Below, piece by piece: positions 31,725 through 41,506 of a DNA stretch of 64,000 bases (positions are counted from its first letter, which is position 1; each line of letters starts with the position of its first letter). The DNA comes from Candidatus Poribacteria bacterium (GTDB lineage Bacteria; Poribacteria; WGA-4E; PCPOR2b): positions 3,282,930-3,346,929 of the forward strand of contig OZ245030.1 in NCBI GenBank assembly GCA_965223985.1, given 5' to 3'. The notes beneath the pieces were generated by a model. That model worked only from the letters and a program-made list of their open reading frames with translations, made no database searches and was not told where the DNA came from. A program made the translations under genes and the position numbers.

Positions 31725-32714
31725 ATGGCTCGATATGCAGCATTGACTGGGACGGGATCATACATCCCAGAAAAAGTTCTGACCAATTTCAATCTGGAAA
31801 AAATGGTTGATACCAGCGATGAATGGATTCGCCAGCGCACCGGTATCGTCGAGCGGCATATCGCCGAACCCGATATGGCAGTTTCTGATTTATGTCTCCG
31901 AGCTGCGCGTCGAGCTATTAAGAATGCTGAGATTGATCCGCTCGACATTGATGTAATAATCGTTGGCACGGTGACTTCTGATACGCTGTTCCCTTCAACA
32001 GCGTGCTATGTACAGCGGGGGCTTGGTGCAAAAAAAGCGTATGCCTTCGATTTGGCAGCGGCTTGTGCTGGGTTTGTCTATGGCCTAGATCTCGCTGACG
32101 GACTGATCAAATCTGGGCGTTATGATACCATTTTAGTTATTGGCGGCGAAGTTCTCAGTAAGATTGTCGATTGGACGGATAGAAACACCTGTGTGCTGTT
32201 CGGCGATGCTGCTGGAGCTGTAATAGTACAAGCAACAGATGAGACGAAAGGAATCTTAGCATCCTATTGCGGCTCCGATGGAGACTACTCCGATACCGAT
32301 TTGCTGGGAGTACCGGCTGGAGGTTCACGTATGCCAGCGACGTGTGAAACGGTAAATCAGAAACTCCATACCATTAAGATGCGTGGACGGGAGGTTTTCA
32401 AACTTGGTGTCCGTATTATGCCCGAAGCCGCCCAGCACGTATTGACCATCGCAAGAATGACGATTGATGAAATCGATCTGTTCATTCCCCATCAAGCAAA
32501 TATCCGGATCATTGAAGCCGTAGGCAATCGACTAGGAATTCCACGGGAAAAAATATACATCAATGTTGACAAATACGGGAATACTTCTGCCGCAACCACA
32601 ATCGTTGCGCTCGACGAAGCGATTTGTGAAGGTCGAGCGAGCCCCGGCGATATAATTCTCATGGTAACGTTCGGCGCAGGACTGACATGGGGAAGCACCG
32701 TAATTAAGCTCTAA
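31725..32714 (+). CDS. fabH: 3-oxoacyl-ACP synthase III
   Basis: Active-site AACAGF context and FabH C-terminal HQAN/GNTSAA motifs. Confidence 0.9.
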   Translation: MARYAALTGTGSYIPEKVLTNFNLEKMVDTSDEWIRQRTGIVERHIAEPDMAVSDLCLRAARRAIKNAEIDPLDIDVIIVGTVTSDTLFPSTACYVQRGLGAKKAYAFDLAAACAGFVYGLDLADGLIKSGRYDTILVIGGEVLSKIVDWTDRNTCVLFGDAAGAVIVQATDETKGILASYCGSDGDYSDTDLLGVPAGGSRMPATCETVNQKLHTIKMRGREVFKLGVRIMPEAAQHVLTIARMTIDEIDLFIPHQANIRIIEAVGNRLGIPREKIYINVDKYGNTSAATTIVALDEAICEGRASPGDIILMVTFGAGLTWGSTVIKL

Positions 32715-32805
32715 ATCCCTTTACACAATGAATTTGCATCATGGGGAAATCCGGTTTTACGTTCACAAGTTCATGTGAAGCGATACGTAATTTATGGTCT
32801 GTGAT

Positions 32806-33741
32806 ATGGATGTTGCTTTTATTTTCCCTGGGCAAGGTTCCCAAAAAGTCGGAATGGGATTCGAGCTTGCTCAAGCGTATGCTGTTGCTCGTGACACCTT
32901 TGAAGAAGCGGATTCCTTTCTGGGACGGCGCCTAAGTCGGCTCTGTTTTGAAGGTCCCGATGAATCGCTGAAGCAGACGGAGAATACGCAATTAACAATC
33001 TTGACGTGTAGCGTTGCCGCTTTGCGGGTGCTACGACAACTCGGTATTTTATCAAGCATTGTCGCAGGGCATAGTTTAGGAGAACACTCTGCGCTCGTAG
33101 CTGCCAGCGTGCTCAGCTTTTCGGACGCACTAAAATTGATCCAATTTCGCGCGCGGTTTATGGCAGAGGCCTCTCGACAGCAAGATTGTATGATGGCAGC
33201 GGTTTTAGGACTGAAAGAAAAGCGGTTGGAAACGCTCTGCGAAGAGGCTAAATCTGTCGGCGTAGTTGAGATTGCGAATTACAACTGCCCTGGACAACTG
33301 GTCATATCCGGTGGAACTGCGGCCGTTGAAAGGTTAATGACGACTGCTAAGGCGAGTGGTGCTAAGCGTTGCCGCCCGCTGGCAGTGAGTGGTGCGTTTC
33401 ATTCATCTCTGATGAAACCTGCAAGGGACCAACTTCAATCTGTCATTGGTGAATTTTCATTTAACAGTCCACAAATCAAATTCGTTGCAAATGTAACAGG
33501 GGATTGTGTGCAAACGCCGGACGAGATTCGCCGTTTGTTGATAGCCCAGGTAACAAGTCCGGTTCAATGGGAGAAATCAATCCGAACTATGGGTGCTGCT
33601 GGGGTGTCGCACTTTGTAGAGGTTGGGCCTGGGCTTGTCCTTTCTGGTATGGTCCGCCGAATTATTTCTCAGCCAGTGTGCTTGAATGTTGGGGATGTCA
33701 AAAGCCTTGAAAAAACGATAAATGTAATAGGTCAGGCGTGA
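32806..33741 (+). CDS. fabD: Malonyl-CoA:ACP transacylase
   Basis: FIFPGQGSQ N-terminus and GHSLGE active-site serine motif. Confidence 0.9.
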   Translation: MDVAFIFPGQGSQKVGMGFELAQAYAVARDTFEEADSFLGRRLSRLCFEGPDESLKQTENTQLTILTCSVAALRVLRQLGILSSIVAGHSLGEHSALVAASVLSFSDALKLIQFRARFMAEASRQQDCMMAAVLGLKEKRLETLCEEAKSVGVVEIANYNCPGQLVISGGTAAVERLMTTAKASGAKRCRPLAVSGAFHSSLMKPARDQLQSVIGEFSFNSPQIKFVANVTGDCVQTPDEIRRLLIAQVTSPVQWEKSIRTMGAAGVSHFVEVGPGLVLSGMVRRIISQPVCLNVGDVKSLEKTINVIGQA

Positions 33742-33803
33742 TAACATAACAGGAGTCAAACACCGATTTTGAGCATGGTCAGCTGTTGCTGATTGGTTAT
33801 TCT

Positions 33804-34541
33804 ATGAGACTCAAAAAAAAAGTAGCAATTGTAACTGGCGCATCACGTGGGATAGGCGAAGCGATTGCTCGAAAGTTCTGCGAAGAAGGCGCGAGCGTGA
33901 TGCTCTGTTCCCGTTCCACCTCATCGGCGACTGCCGCTGACGCATTAGCGCGTGAAGGGTGGAAAACCAAATCGATACAAGCCGACATTTCTCAAAAACT
34001 AGATGTTGAAGCGCTTGTAGATGCAACACTCAAAGCATTTTCCCGTATTGATATCCTTGTCAATAATGCTGGAATCACCCGGGATGCCTTATTCATGCGT
34101 ATGAAAGATGAAGACTGGGATACAGTTTTACAGACCAATCTCACAGGAACCGCCTACTGTACACGCGCTGTTATCCGTGCAATGATGCGTCAAAAAAGTG
34201 GGAAAATTATCAATATTTCATCGGTCGTCGGTTTGATTGGGAATGCAGGACAGGCGAATTATGCGGCTTCAAAAGCCGGTATCATCGGATTGACCAAATC
34301 AATTGCAAGAGAGGTTGCTAAGCGCGGCATTACTGTGAACGCAATTGCACCTGGCTTCATTAAAACGGAGATGACTGCTAATCTTTCAGCACAGGATCAA
34401 CAGAATATTTTAGAGATGATTCCAATAGGCAGTTTCGGTATACCCGAAGATGTGTCGCAAGTTGCTTTATTTTTGGCATCTGATGCTGCTCGATATATCA
34501 CCGGTCAAGTCATCCAAGTTGATGGCGGTATGGTGATGTAA
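33804..34541 (+). CDS. fabG: 3-oxoacyl-ACP reductase
   Basis: [16 protein letters not shown] and YAASKAG SDR motifs. Confidence 0.9.
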   Translation: MRLKKKVAIVTGASRGIGEAIARKFCEEGASVMLCSRSTSSATAADALAREGWKTKSIQADISQKLDVEALVDATLKAFSRIDILVNNAGITRDALFMRMKDEDWDTVLQTNLTGTAYCTRAVIRAMMRQKSGKIINISSVVGLIGNAGQANYAASKAGIIGLTKSIAREVAKRGITVNAIAPGFIKTEMTANLSAQDQQNILEMIPIGSFGIPEDVSQVALFLASDAARYITGQVIQVDGGMVM

Positions 34542-34617
34542 TTTAACAATTAATGTTTATTGCATTATACCTAATGCCCAAAATCTAACTACCTCAAAAA
34601 GGGAGGTTATTAAATCG

Positions 34618-34851
34618 ATGGCAATCGATCGAAATCAGCTTATTAAGATTATTGCAAACCAGTTGCAAATTGATGAGGATCAGGTGACTGCTGATGCTTC
34701 ATTCATGGATGATTTAGGCGCAGATTCCTTAGATACGGTTGAATTAATCATGGCGTTTGAGGAAGAATTCAACATTGAAATTCCAGATAGTGATGCTGAG
34801 AAGATTCGGACCGTACAGGATGCACTTGATTACATGAATTTGCATGGCTAA
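34618..34851 (+). CDS. acpP: Acyl carrier protein
   Basis: [20 protein letters not shown] phosphopantetheine-attachment motif. Confidence 0.92.
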   Translation: MAIDRNQLIKIIANQLQIDEDQVTADASFMDDLGADSLDTVELIMAFEEEFNIEIPDSDAEKIRTVQDALDYMNLHG

Positions 34852-34909
34852 TTCCAAATCACAGCAGTAACAGATTACGAAAGGTACAAAGGATTAAGAG
34901 GTATAACTC

Positions 34910-36151
34910 GTGAAGCGAGTCGTTATTACCGGCATGGGACTTATCAGCCCTGTTGGCTCCTCCAAATCGGAGTTTTGGAAGTCAATCGCGGCAGGTAAAA
35001 GCGGGATTGACCGGGTGACATACTTTGATCCGACAGATTTTCGAACGCAGGTTGCCGGCGAAGTCAAGGGATTTGCACCCGAGACATTTCTACCGCGTAA
35101 AGCTGTAACACGCCTCCCCTTGTTTATTCAATACGCGCTTGTTGCCTCGATAATAGCACACCAGGATTCTAGGCTAGATCTGGCTCAGATTGACCCCTAT
35201 CGCGCTGGTGTTGGCGTCGGCTCTGGGATTGGCGGACTCAGTGTTATTGAAGAAAACCACCGACTCTTGCTAGAGCGAGGACCCAAGCGAGTAAGCCCTT
35301 TCTTTGTACCTTACGAGATTATAAATATGGCTGCCGGACAGGTCTCAATCCATTTGAAGCTCAAGGGGCCGAACTTTGCGTCAGTTACTGCTTGCGCAAC
35401 CGCCAACAATGCGATTGGAGAATCGTTTCGGATTATTCAACGCGGGGACGCTGATGTGATGTTCACAGGTGGTACCGAAGCGGCGGTTACGCCATTAAGT
35501 TTTGCGGGCTTCTGTTCGATGCGCGCGATGACTACACGTAACGACGAACTACAGCGCGCATGCCGTCCATTTGACAAGAACCGAGATGGATTCGTGATGG
35601 GTGAAGGGGCGGGAATCTTGGTTCTGGAGTCCCTTTCGCACGCACTAAAGCGAAACACCTACATCTATGCAGAGGTCGTCGGTTTTGGAATGAGTTCTGA
35701 CGCGTGCGATATGGTGCATCCTGCGGAGGGTGGAGAAGGGGCTGCCAAGGCGATGCAGTTCGCTTTACAAGATGCCCAAATCGATCCAGATAGTGTTGAC
35801 TATATCAATGCTCATGGTACTTCGACACCGGCAGGTGATGTAGCCGAAACAATCGCCATCAAAACAGTTTTCGGTGCGCATGCGAACCAGCTTGCCGTGA
35901 GTTCGACCAAATCAATGACGGGTCACTTGCTCGGCGCGGCTGGCGCGATTGAACTCATCGCCAGCGTATGTGCCATCGAAAATAGCTATATCCCTCCCAC
36001 GATTAACTATGAAACCCCGGATCCAGATTGCGATCTCGATTATGTCCCAAACCACGGTCGTCCCGCGGATATTGAGGTTGCTATATCTAATGCTTTTGGA
36101 TTTGGAGGGCACAATACATCAATTGCGATCCGAAAATATGTAGGGACATAA
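34910..36151 (+). CDS. fabF: 3-oxoacyl-ACP synthase II
   Basis: KAS I/II thiolase fold. Active-site Cys in [13 protein letters not shown], with HAHGTST and GHLLGAAG motifs. Confidence 0.9.
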   Translation: MKRVVITGMGLISPVGSSKSEFWKSIAAGKSGIDRVTYFDPTDFRTQVAGEVKGFAPETFLPRKAVTRLPLFIQYALVASIIAHQDSRLDLAQIDPYRAGVGVGSGIGGLSVIEENHRLLLERGPKRVSPFFVPYEIINMAAGQVSIHLKLKGPNFASVTACATANNAIGESFRIIQRGDADVMFTGGTEAAVTPLSFAGFCSMRAMTTRNDELQRACRPFDKNRDGFVMGEGAGILVLESLSHALKRNTYIYAEVVGFGMSSDACDMVHPAEGGEGAAKAMQFALQDAQIDPDSVDYINAHGTSTPAGDVAETIAIKTVFGAHANQLAVSSTKSMTGHLLGAAGAIELIASVCAIENSYIPPTINYETPDPDCDLDYVPNHGRPADIEVAISNAFGFGGHNTSIAIRKYVGT

Positions 36152-36518
36152 CACGTATACGAGAATCGTAAAACATTGAGCTTTCGATAAGTTGCGCTTC
36201 ACGATTTTTTCTTCTTGTTCTTTCGCCTTCCTTTTCCAGACTCTCCTTCCTTCTAGGATATACCCATTATTAGCACAAAGCAAATGAGAAATCAGCGGTG
36301 ACAATCCTACTGGGATTATTAAGCGCGCAAGCAATAAAACAAACCATATCCGCTTCATATCAATTCGGATGATATCTTTTTGCCCGCCTGGTTTTCTGAT
36401 TGCCGCGGCATAGCTGTTTGTTCACCATTGCAATTCATCAGTTAATTTGAATTTATAACTGAAAAACTCGCACTATTTATCGTTCGCGTAAGGAACTCCT
36501 AAATCGCAGCTTTTCCGC

Positions 36519-36547
36519 TTGACAGGTAATGGTCAGTGTAATATAAT
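36519..36547 (+). promoter_or_regulatory. Perfect-consensus sigma70-type promoter (TTGACA-17-TATAAT) driving the LamG paralog array
   Basis: ttgaca ggtaatggtcagtgtaa tataat. A GAGGAGG ribosome-binding site precedes the ATG at 36596. Confidence 0.55.
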
Positions 36548-36595
36548 GCCTCAATTAGGCGGTTAAACTTTTCCGGAAGATGTGAGGAGGTTACA

Positions 36596-37342
36596 ATGGT
36601 AAGAGATGGAAACTCTTGGTGCGGCTTCGCTTTGGTACTCTTCACCCTCGCTTCGGTCGCTGTCGCCAGCATAGACGACGGACTCGTCCTCCTTTACGAA
36701 TTTGAAGGCGATGGCGATGTCCTAATTGATTCAAGTGGGAATGGATTCGACGGTAAGCTTGGCACCGCCTCGCGAACGGACGTCGGACTACTCGGGAAAG
36801 GAATCGAATTCACCGCCCCGGATCAGTTCGCTGACGCCGCGGTGGATGAGGGATTGGTTGCCAATGATGCCTTCACCATCAGTGTCTGGGCGAAACCACT
36901 CGCGCTGGATCCAGAAGGCGAAAATCGAGTGACCTACAAGCACGATCAATTCAACCTCGACCTCCAGTTTGGACGAGGTCGACTGGAAGTTCGTTCCGGG
37001 AAGCGCTGGTGGGGCACCGAGGCCAGGGAGCAACCGCTTGTGGAATTAAACAAGTGGCTTCATATGGCTTTGACTTTTTCGACAATATCGGGCGCCGCAA
37101 TGTACCACAACGGAGTGCGTGTTGCTGAGAACCTGGAAGTTTCTTCGCTCGACGAAACAAACGACTATTGGAGGCTCGGAAATCTTGGACATGCGGCGTT
37201 CGTGGGCATCATGGACCAGCACCGGTGGTATCATCGCGCAATGACTGACAGTGAGGTGTTGGAGTTGTTTGAAGAGCCGATCGCTGTCTCGCCCATCGGC
37301 ACCCTGACGACATCCTGGGGCAATATCAAGCGCATGCGCTAA
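36596..37342 (+). CDS. Secreted Laminin_G_3 (LamG / concanavalin-A-like jelly-roll) protein, paralog A
   Basis: Signal peptide, then LVLLYEFEGDGDVLIDSSGNGFDGKL, the canonical Laminin_G_3 opening. Shares the family C-terminal tail AVSPIGTLTTSWGNIK. Confidence 0.7.
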   Translation: MVRDGNSWCGFALVLFTLASVAVASIDDGLVLLYEFEGDGDVLIDSSGNGFDGKLGTASRTDVGLLGKGIEFTAPDQFADAAVDEGLVANDAFTISVWAKPLALDPEGENRVTYKHDQFNLDLQFGRGRLEVRSGKRWWGTEAREQPLVELNKWLHMALTFSTISGAAMYHNGVRVAENLEVSSLDETNDYWRLGNLGHAAFVGIMDQHRWYHRAMTDSEVLELFEEPIAVSPIGTLTTSWGNIKRMR

Positions 37343-37496
37343 ATTGGACGCTCGCGCTAGCGACACGGACTCTGGCCCCGGACGAGAGTTTGACGCTTTG
37401 TCGTGATGAGCTCGCAATTGCAGCCAATTCCTCAATCATAACCTTTACGTCGTACTCTGAATGATTGTGAGCGTCACATTATTTGGAGGGAAGAAC

Positions 37497-38278
37497 AATG
37501 AGTCACTTCCGAATTCAATTCATCGTTTGTATGGTGGTCGCACTGGCGCTTTGGATGGTCGGGTTTGCGCTTGCAGCAATAGATCTGGAAAAGGGGGCTT
37601 GTGCTCTACTACCCATTCGAGGGCAGTGGTGCTAATCAGATTACGGACGTGAGCGGAGAAAACAATCACGGCGAGTTCAGGGGTGCCGTGTGAACAACCG
37701 AAGGCCAGTCCGGGAAGGCGCTCGAATTCCCGACGCATGTCGACGGGGCACGCATCCCCGAGTCGCCCAGCTTGCTGGTGACCAACCACGGCGAAGGTTT
37801 CACGGTGTCCTTTTGGGTCTATCCGATCGAATGGAACACTGCCGGCAACGGTGAAAATCGTGCGGTGTATCGGCACATGCAGTACAATGTGGACTTATTC
37901 CGCGGAGGCGGGCGATTCCACATCCAAAAGAACGGGACCTGGCCTGGAATCAATGATGCACCAGAGATGCCCCTAGAGACGTGGGTTCTGGTCACCGCAA
38001 CCTGGTCGCTGGACGACGGTTCCACGCTCTACCGTGACGGACTAGAAATTGCGAGCAACCCAGACATGCGCGGTGAGATTGACGAGAACAGCGAGTGGAC
38101 CGCTCTCGGGTACTTTGCTCCCCACGAGGGGTACGTAGGTAGAATGGATGAGCTGCGTATCTACAGTCGCGCGATCGATGTGGACGAAGTGTTTGAATTG
38201 TTTGAGACGGCGGGTGTGTCCGTCTCGCCCGAAGACTCGCTTGCCACGCTGTGGGGCATTGTCAAGATGGGGCTCTAA
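37497..38278 (+). pseudogene. LamG paralog B', disrupted by one frameshift and one in-frame TGA (intact paralog at 46900-47694)
   Basis: The signal-peptide frame (MSHFRIQFIVCMVVALALW...) shifts before LVLYYPFEGSG at ~37600. TGA at ~37690 (GAV*TTEG) versus CGA in the paralog (GAVRTKDG). ~80% nucleotide identity to 47270-47694. Confidence 0.6.
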
Positions 38279-38405
38279 AAACAGCCAACAAAATGGCGCC
38301 CCGTGCAATGTGGAGGCTGCAAAAATAGATGTGTCACGAAGGCTGCTCTTGAGCGCAGCGAAGCGTCCAGAATAACTATCCGTCATTCTAAGACGGGAGA
38401 AAGTC

Positions 38406-39188
38406 ATGAAACGACAGAAACGCTGTGCTGTACTGATGACACTTCTTGCGCTCACTATCCACGCCGGTGTTTTCGCCGCCGACATCTTAGATGGACTGAT
38501 TGGTTACTGGCCATTTGACGAAGGAGAGGGTGATGCGGCTCACGATCTGGTTGGAGGACATGATGGATCAATCAAACGCGCCGACTGGACGGACAGAGCG
38601 AAGTCCGGGAGGTGGGCGCTGCAATTCTCGCCTGAAGACGATACGAAGGTTGTGATTCCAGATGCCGAGGAACTCGATAATCTTCCGGATGGCCATACGG
38701 TGACGAACTGGATCTGGCCGGTGAGCCGGGGCGCGATGATGGATAAGTCCGGCGGCAACCACTTACGAATACAATGGTTCTTCTTTGACGATGGACGCCT
38801 CCATTGGGGTAGCGGGCCCAATTTTGCCTTTAGCGCCAAACCCGTGTCGTTCCGAAAGTGGTCCCACGTCGCATGGTCACATTCGGCCGATTTAAGCGTC
38901 GTATATGTCAACGGTGAAAAGTTTCACGAAGAGCTGAATATGGGGGCACCTATCCCCACCGGGGAGCCGATAATCTTCGGAAGAAGTGGGATTATAGCGG
39001 ACGGAAATCCCAGGCAACAGAACTTCGAGGGGATCATGGACGACTTCGGCCTTTGGAATCGCCCCTTATCTGACAAGGAAGTCAAGGAGGTCTTCGAGAG
39101 GGGGCTTGGGAACATTCTTGCCGTCTCCCCCCACGGCAAAATGACAACGACGTGGGCGGCGGTGAAGGCGGAAATTAACCATCCCTAA
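38406..39188 (+). CDS. Secreted Laminin_G_3 protein, paralog C
   Basis: Signal peptide, LIGYWPFDEGEGDAAHDLVGGHDG, and C-terminal AVSPHGKMTTTWAAVKA. Confidence 0.7.
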   Translation: MKRQKRCAVLMTLLALTIHAGVFAADILDGLIGYWPFDEGEGDAAHDLVGGHDGSIKRADWTDRAKSGRWALQFSPEDDTKVVIPDAEELDNLPDGHTVTNWIWPVSRGAMMDKSGGNHLRIQWFFFDDGRLHWGSGPNFAFSAKPVSFRKWSHVAWSHSADLSVVYVNGEKFHEELNMGAPIPTGEPIIFGRSGIIADGNPRQQNFEGIMDDFGLWNRPLSDKEVKEVFERGLGNILAVSPHGKMTTTWAAVKAEINHP

Positions 39189-39265
39189 GTGGAGCAAAGG
39201 TCCCAAAAGTGGATGCTTCACTTCGTCCAGGGTAACAATCCTTCATTCTGAGAAAGGAGAAAGTT

Positions 39266-40036
39266 ATGAAACGACGAGGACTCTGTGCTGCGTTGATTGC
39301 CCTTCTGGCGCTCGCTATTCAACCCCTCGTTTTCGCCGACGTCTTAGTCGGGCTGATCGGCTACTGGCCGTTTGACGAAGGCGAAGGAGAGGTGACCGTT
39401 GATGAGGTTGGTGGACATGATGGAGCGATCGAACGTGCTACTTGGACAGATCAGGCGATTGAGGGGAAAGCGCTGAAATTCGTGCCGCAAGACGATACAA
39501 AGGTACGCGTTGAAGACGCCAAGGACCTCGATGAACTGCCGGACGGATTAACGGTTGCGAACTGGATAAGGCCGTTGAGCCGAGGCGGGATGATGGATAA
39601 GTCCGGTCTGGCAGATAGAATCCAGTGGTTCCTCATGGAAGATGGACGTCTCCATTGGGGAGCTGGTCCCAACTTCACCTTTACCGATGGCCCCGTAGTC
39701 AAGTTCGGAGAGTGGTCCCACGTCGCATGGTCACACAATCCCGTCGACGAAAGCGTTGCGTATGTCAACGGTGAGGAAGTTCACAACCAGAAGGGATTAG
39801 GGAAGGTTCTCCCCACCGGCGAGCCGATGTACTTCGGAGACATGGGAGTCCTGCCGGGCAACAACCCCAAGCAACAGAATTTCGAGGGTATCATTGACGA
39901 GATTGGCTTTTGGAATCGCCCCTTATCTGCCAAAGAAGTCAAGGAGGTGTTTGACAGGGGGCTCAATCAAATTCTCGCCGTCTCTGCCCACGGTAAATTA
40001 GCAATGACGTGGGCAGCGGTGAAGGCGAGGATTTAG
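39266..40036 (+). CDS. Secreted Laminin_G_3 protein, paralog D
   Basis: ~65% aa identity to paralog C. The same 5' UTR (cattctgagaaaggagaaagtTATGAAACGA) is present. Confidence 0.7.
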   Translation: MKRRGLCAALIALLALAIQPLVFADVLVGLIGYWPFDEGEGEVTVDEVGGHDGAIERATWTDQAIEGKALKFVPQDDTKVRVEDAKDLDELPDGLTVANWIRPLSRGGMMDKSGLADRIQWFLMEDGRLHWGAGPNFTFTDGPVVKFGEWSHVAWSHNPVDESVAYVNGEEVHNQKGLGKVLPTGEPMYFGDMGVLPGNNPKQQNFEGIIDEIGFWNRPLSAKEVKEVFDRGLNQILAVSAHGKLAMTWAAVKARI

Positions 40037-40430
40037 AATGGGCAGATTTGCAAAGACGCCGTCTTGTTACGCATTCCCTCGGATTGGAGGGCTCGCGGAG
40101 AGTGTAGAAGAGGTTTTAAGACATGCGGATCTGAGCCAAATTTGGCTGAAATGGCTTGAAATTGTTAAGTCCAGCCATTTCTTCCTCCCCCTTTTGCCCC
40201 TCAAAGTTTGAGAGTTGGAGAGTAAGGGGGTAATTATTCACCGCAATAGCTAGCATTGCGATGTAAACAATCGCTGGTTTGTTTGGTTATGGCTGGGGGT
40301 GCCCAATCATAACTTCAGTTGTAGTACTTCCAATGCTATCACTGGATAACCTTAAATAAGTGTGAAGGAAACGGTTGTTTCGCACATAACTTACGATACC
40401 ATTTGGTTTCGTTTTGAGAAAGGAAAAATC

Positions 40431-41130
40431 ATGCAACAACAGAAACGCTGCGCTACGTTGATGGTCTTTTGACGAAGGACAAGGAGACGTGGCTCGCGAT
40501 GAGATTGGCGGGCATGATGGTGTGGTTGAACGTGCTACCTGGACAACTGATGCAAAAGGTGGTGGGTACGCACTAGAATTCAGTCCTGCGGACGATACGA
40601 AAGTGACTGTCGCTCATTCCAACGACTTCTTCGGCGCCGACGGTTCGTTCACAGTATCGAACTGGGCGAAACCGCTGAGCCGAGGTGCAATGATGGATAA
40701 ATCCGATAAAGTCAACCGAATTCAGTGGTATATCCTTGAGGAGGATCCAGGCTGGCGGTTCCACTGGGGCGGCGGATCTGGGTTTACTTTTTCGCCCTTT
40801 GCGGCCAATTGGGGAGAATGGCATCACTGCGCATGGGTGCACACTGCCTCGGCAAGTACCGCGTACCTTGATGGCGTAGCAATTCACACAGAGCCAGATA
40901 TGGGACCGATTATCCTCACTACGGAGCCGATGTACTTTGGAGACATGGGGATTTTAGCGGCGGGCAATCCCAAGCAACAGAACTTTGAGGGTGTGTTGGA
41001 CGAATTCCACATTTGGAATCGAGCCTTATCTGCTGAGGAGATTATGCAATTCCTTCAGGGGGGAGGTACTGCCGTCTCTCCGAAAGGGAAATTGGCTATT
41101 ACGTGGGCGGACTTGAAGGCTTCAGATTAA
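40431..41130 (+). pseudogene. LamG paralog E' with an internal deletion that removes the signal-peptide/N-terminal segment and creates a premature TGA
   Basis: ATGCAACAACAGAAACGCTGCGCTACGTTGATGGTCTTTTGA: the MQQQKRCATLMV start is fused directly to FDEGQGD, missing ~24 codons relative to paralog C. The downstream ORF (40489..41130) retains the LamG body and the family tail AVSPKGKLAITWADLKA. Confidence 0.55.
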
Positions 41131-41506
41131 CCACCACCCGCTCCACGTGTTGAATGCGATCCATGGAGCCTGTGATGCACCTCCTATATCCGCTTGAAGC
41201 TGGATGCGTCGCGGGCTCCATTTCCCGCATGACTTCACCTTAAACAGTCATAAATGGCCGGTTTGTCATTCTGAACAACAGCGGAGAATTGCATTGCCCC
41301 GAGATCGTTGCGCAGTTTGGAATCCCGATTATACCTCAGCTCAGGATGACATCTGAAAATATCATTCGCTCGTTCAGTCCTCAGACGCATTGACTACGGT
41401 TCCGAAGCGCCCGCTGAAAAACGGTGACATTTGAAGCCCCGGCATTGCACCTCACCAATCCTTTTGCTCGGAATTCTGCTTATTCCAATCAACGCCTGCC
41501 TCCTGT

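Noticed and set aside
38540-39768. Antisense ORFs 38540-38911(-) and 39451-39768(-) that look mutually similar
   Set aside because: They lie opposite the paralogous LamG genes C and D. Their similarity is a by-product of the sense-strand paralogy. They have no independent signals.
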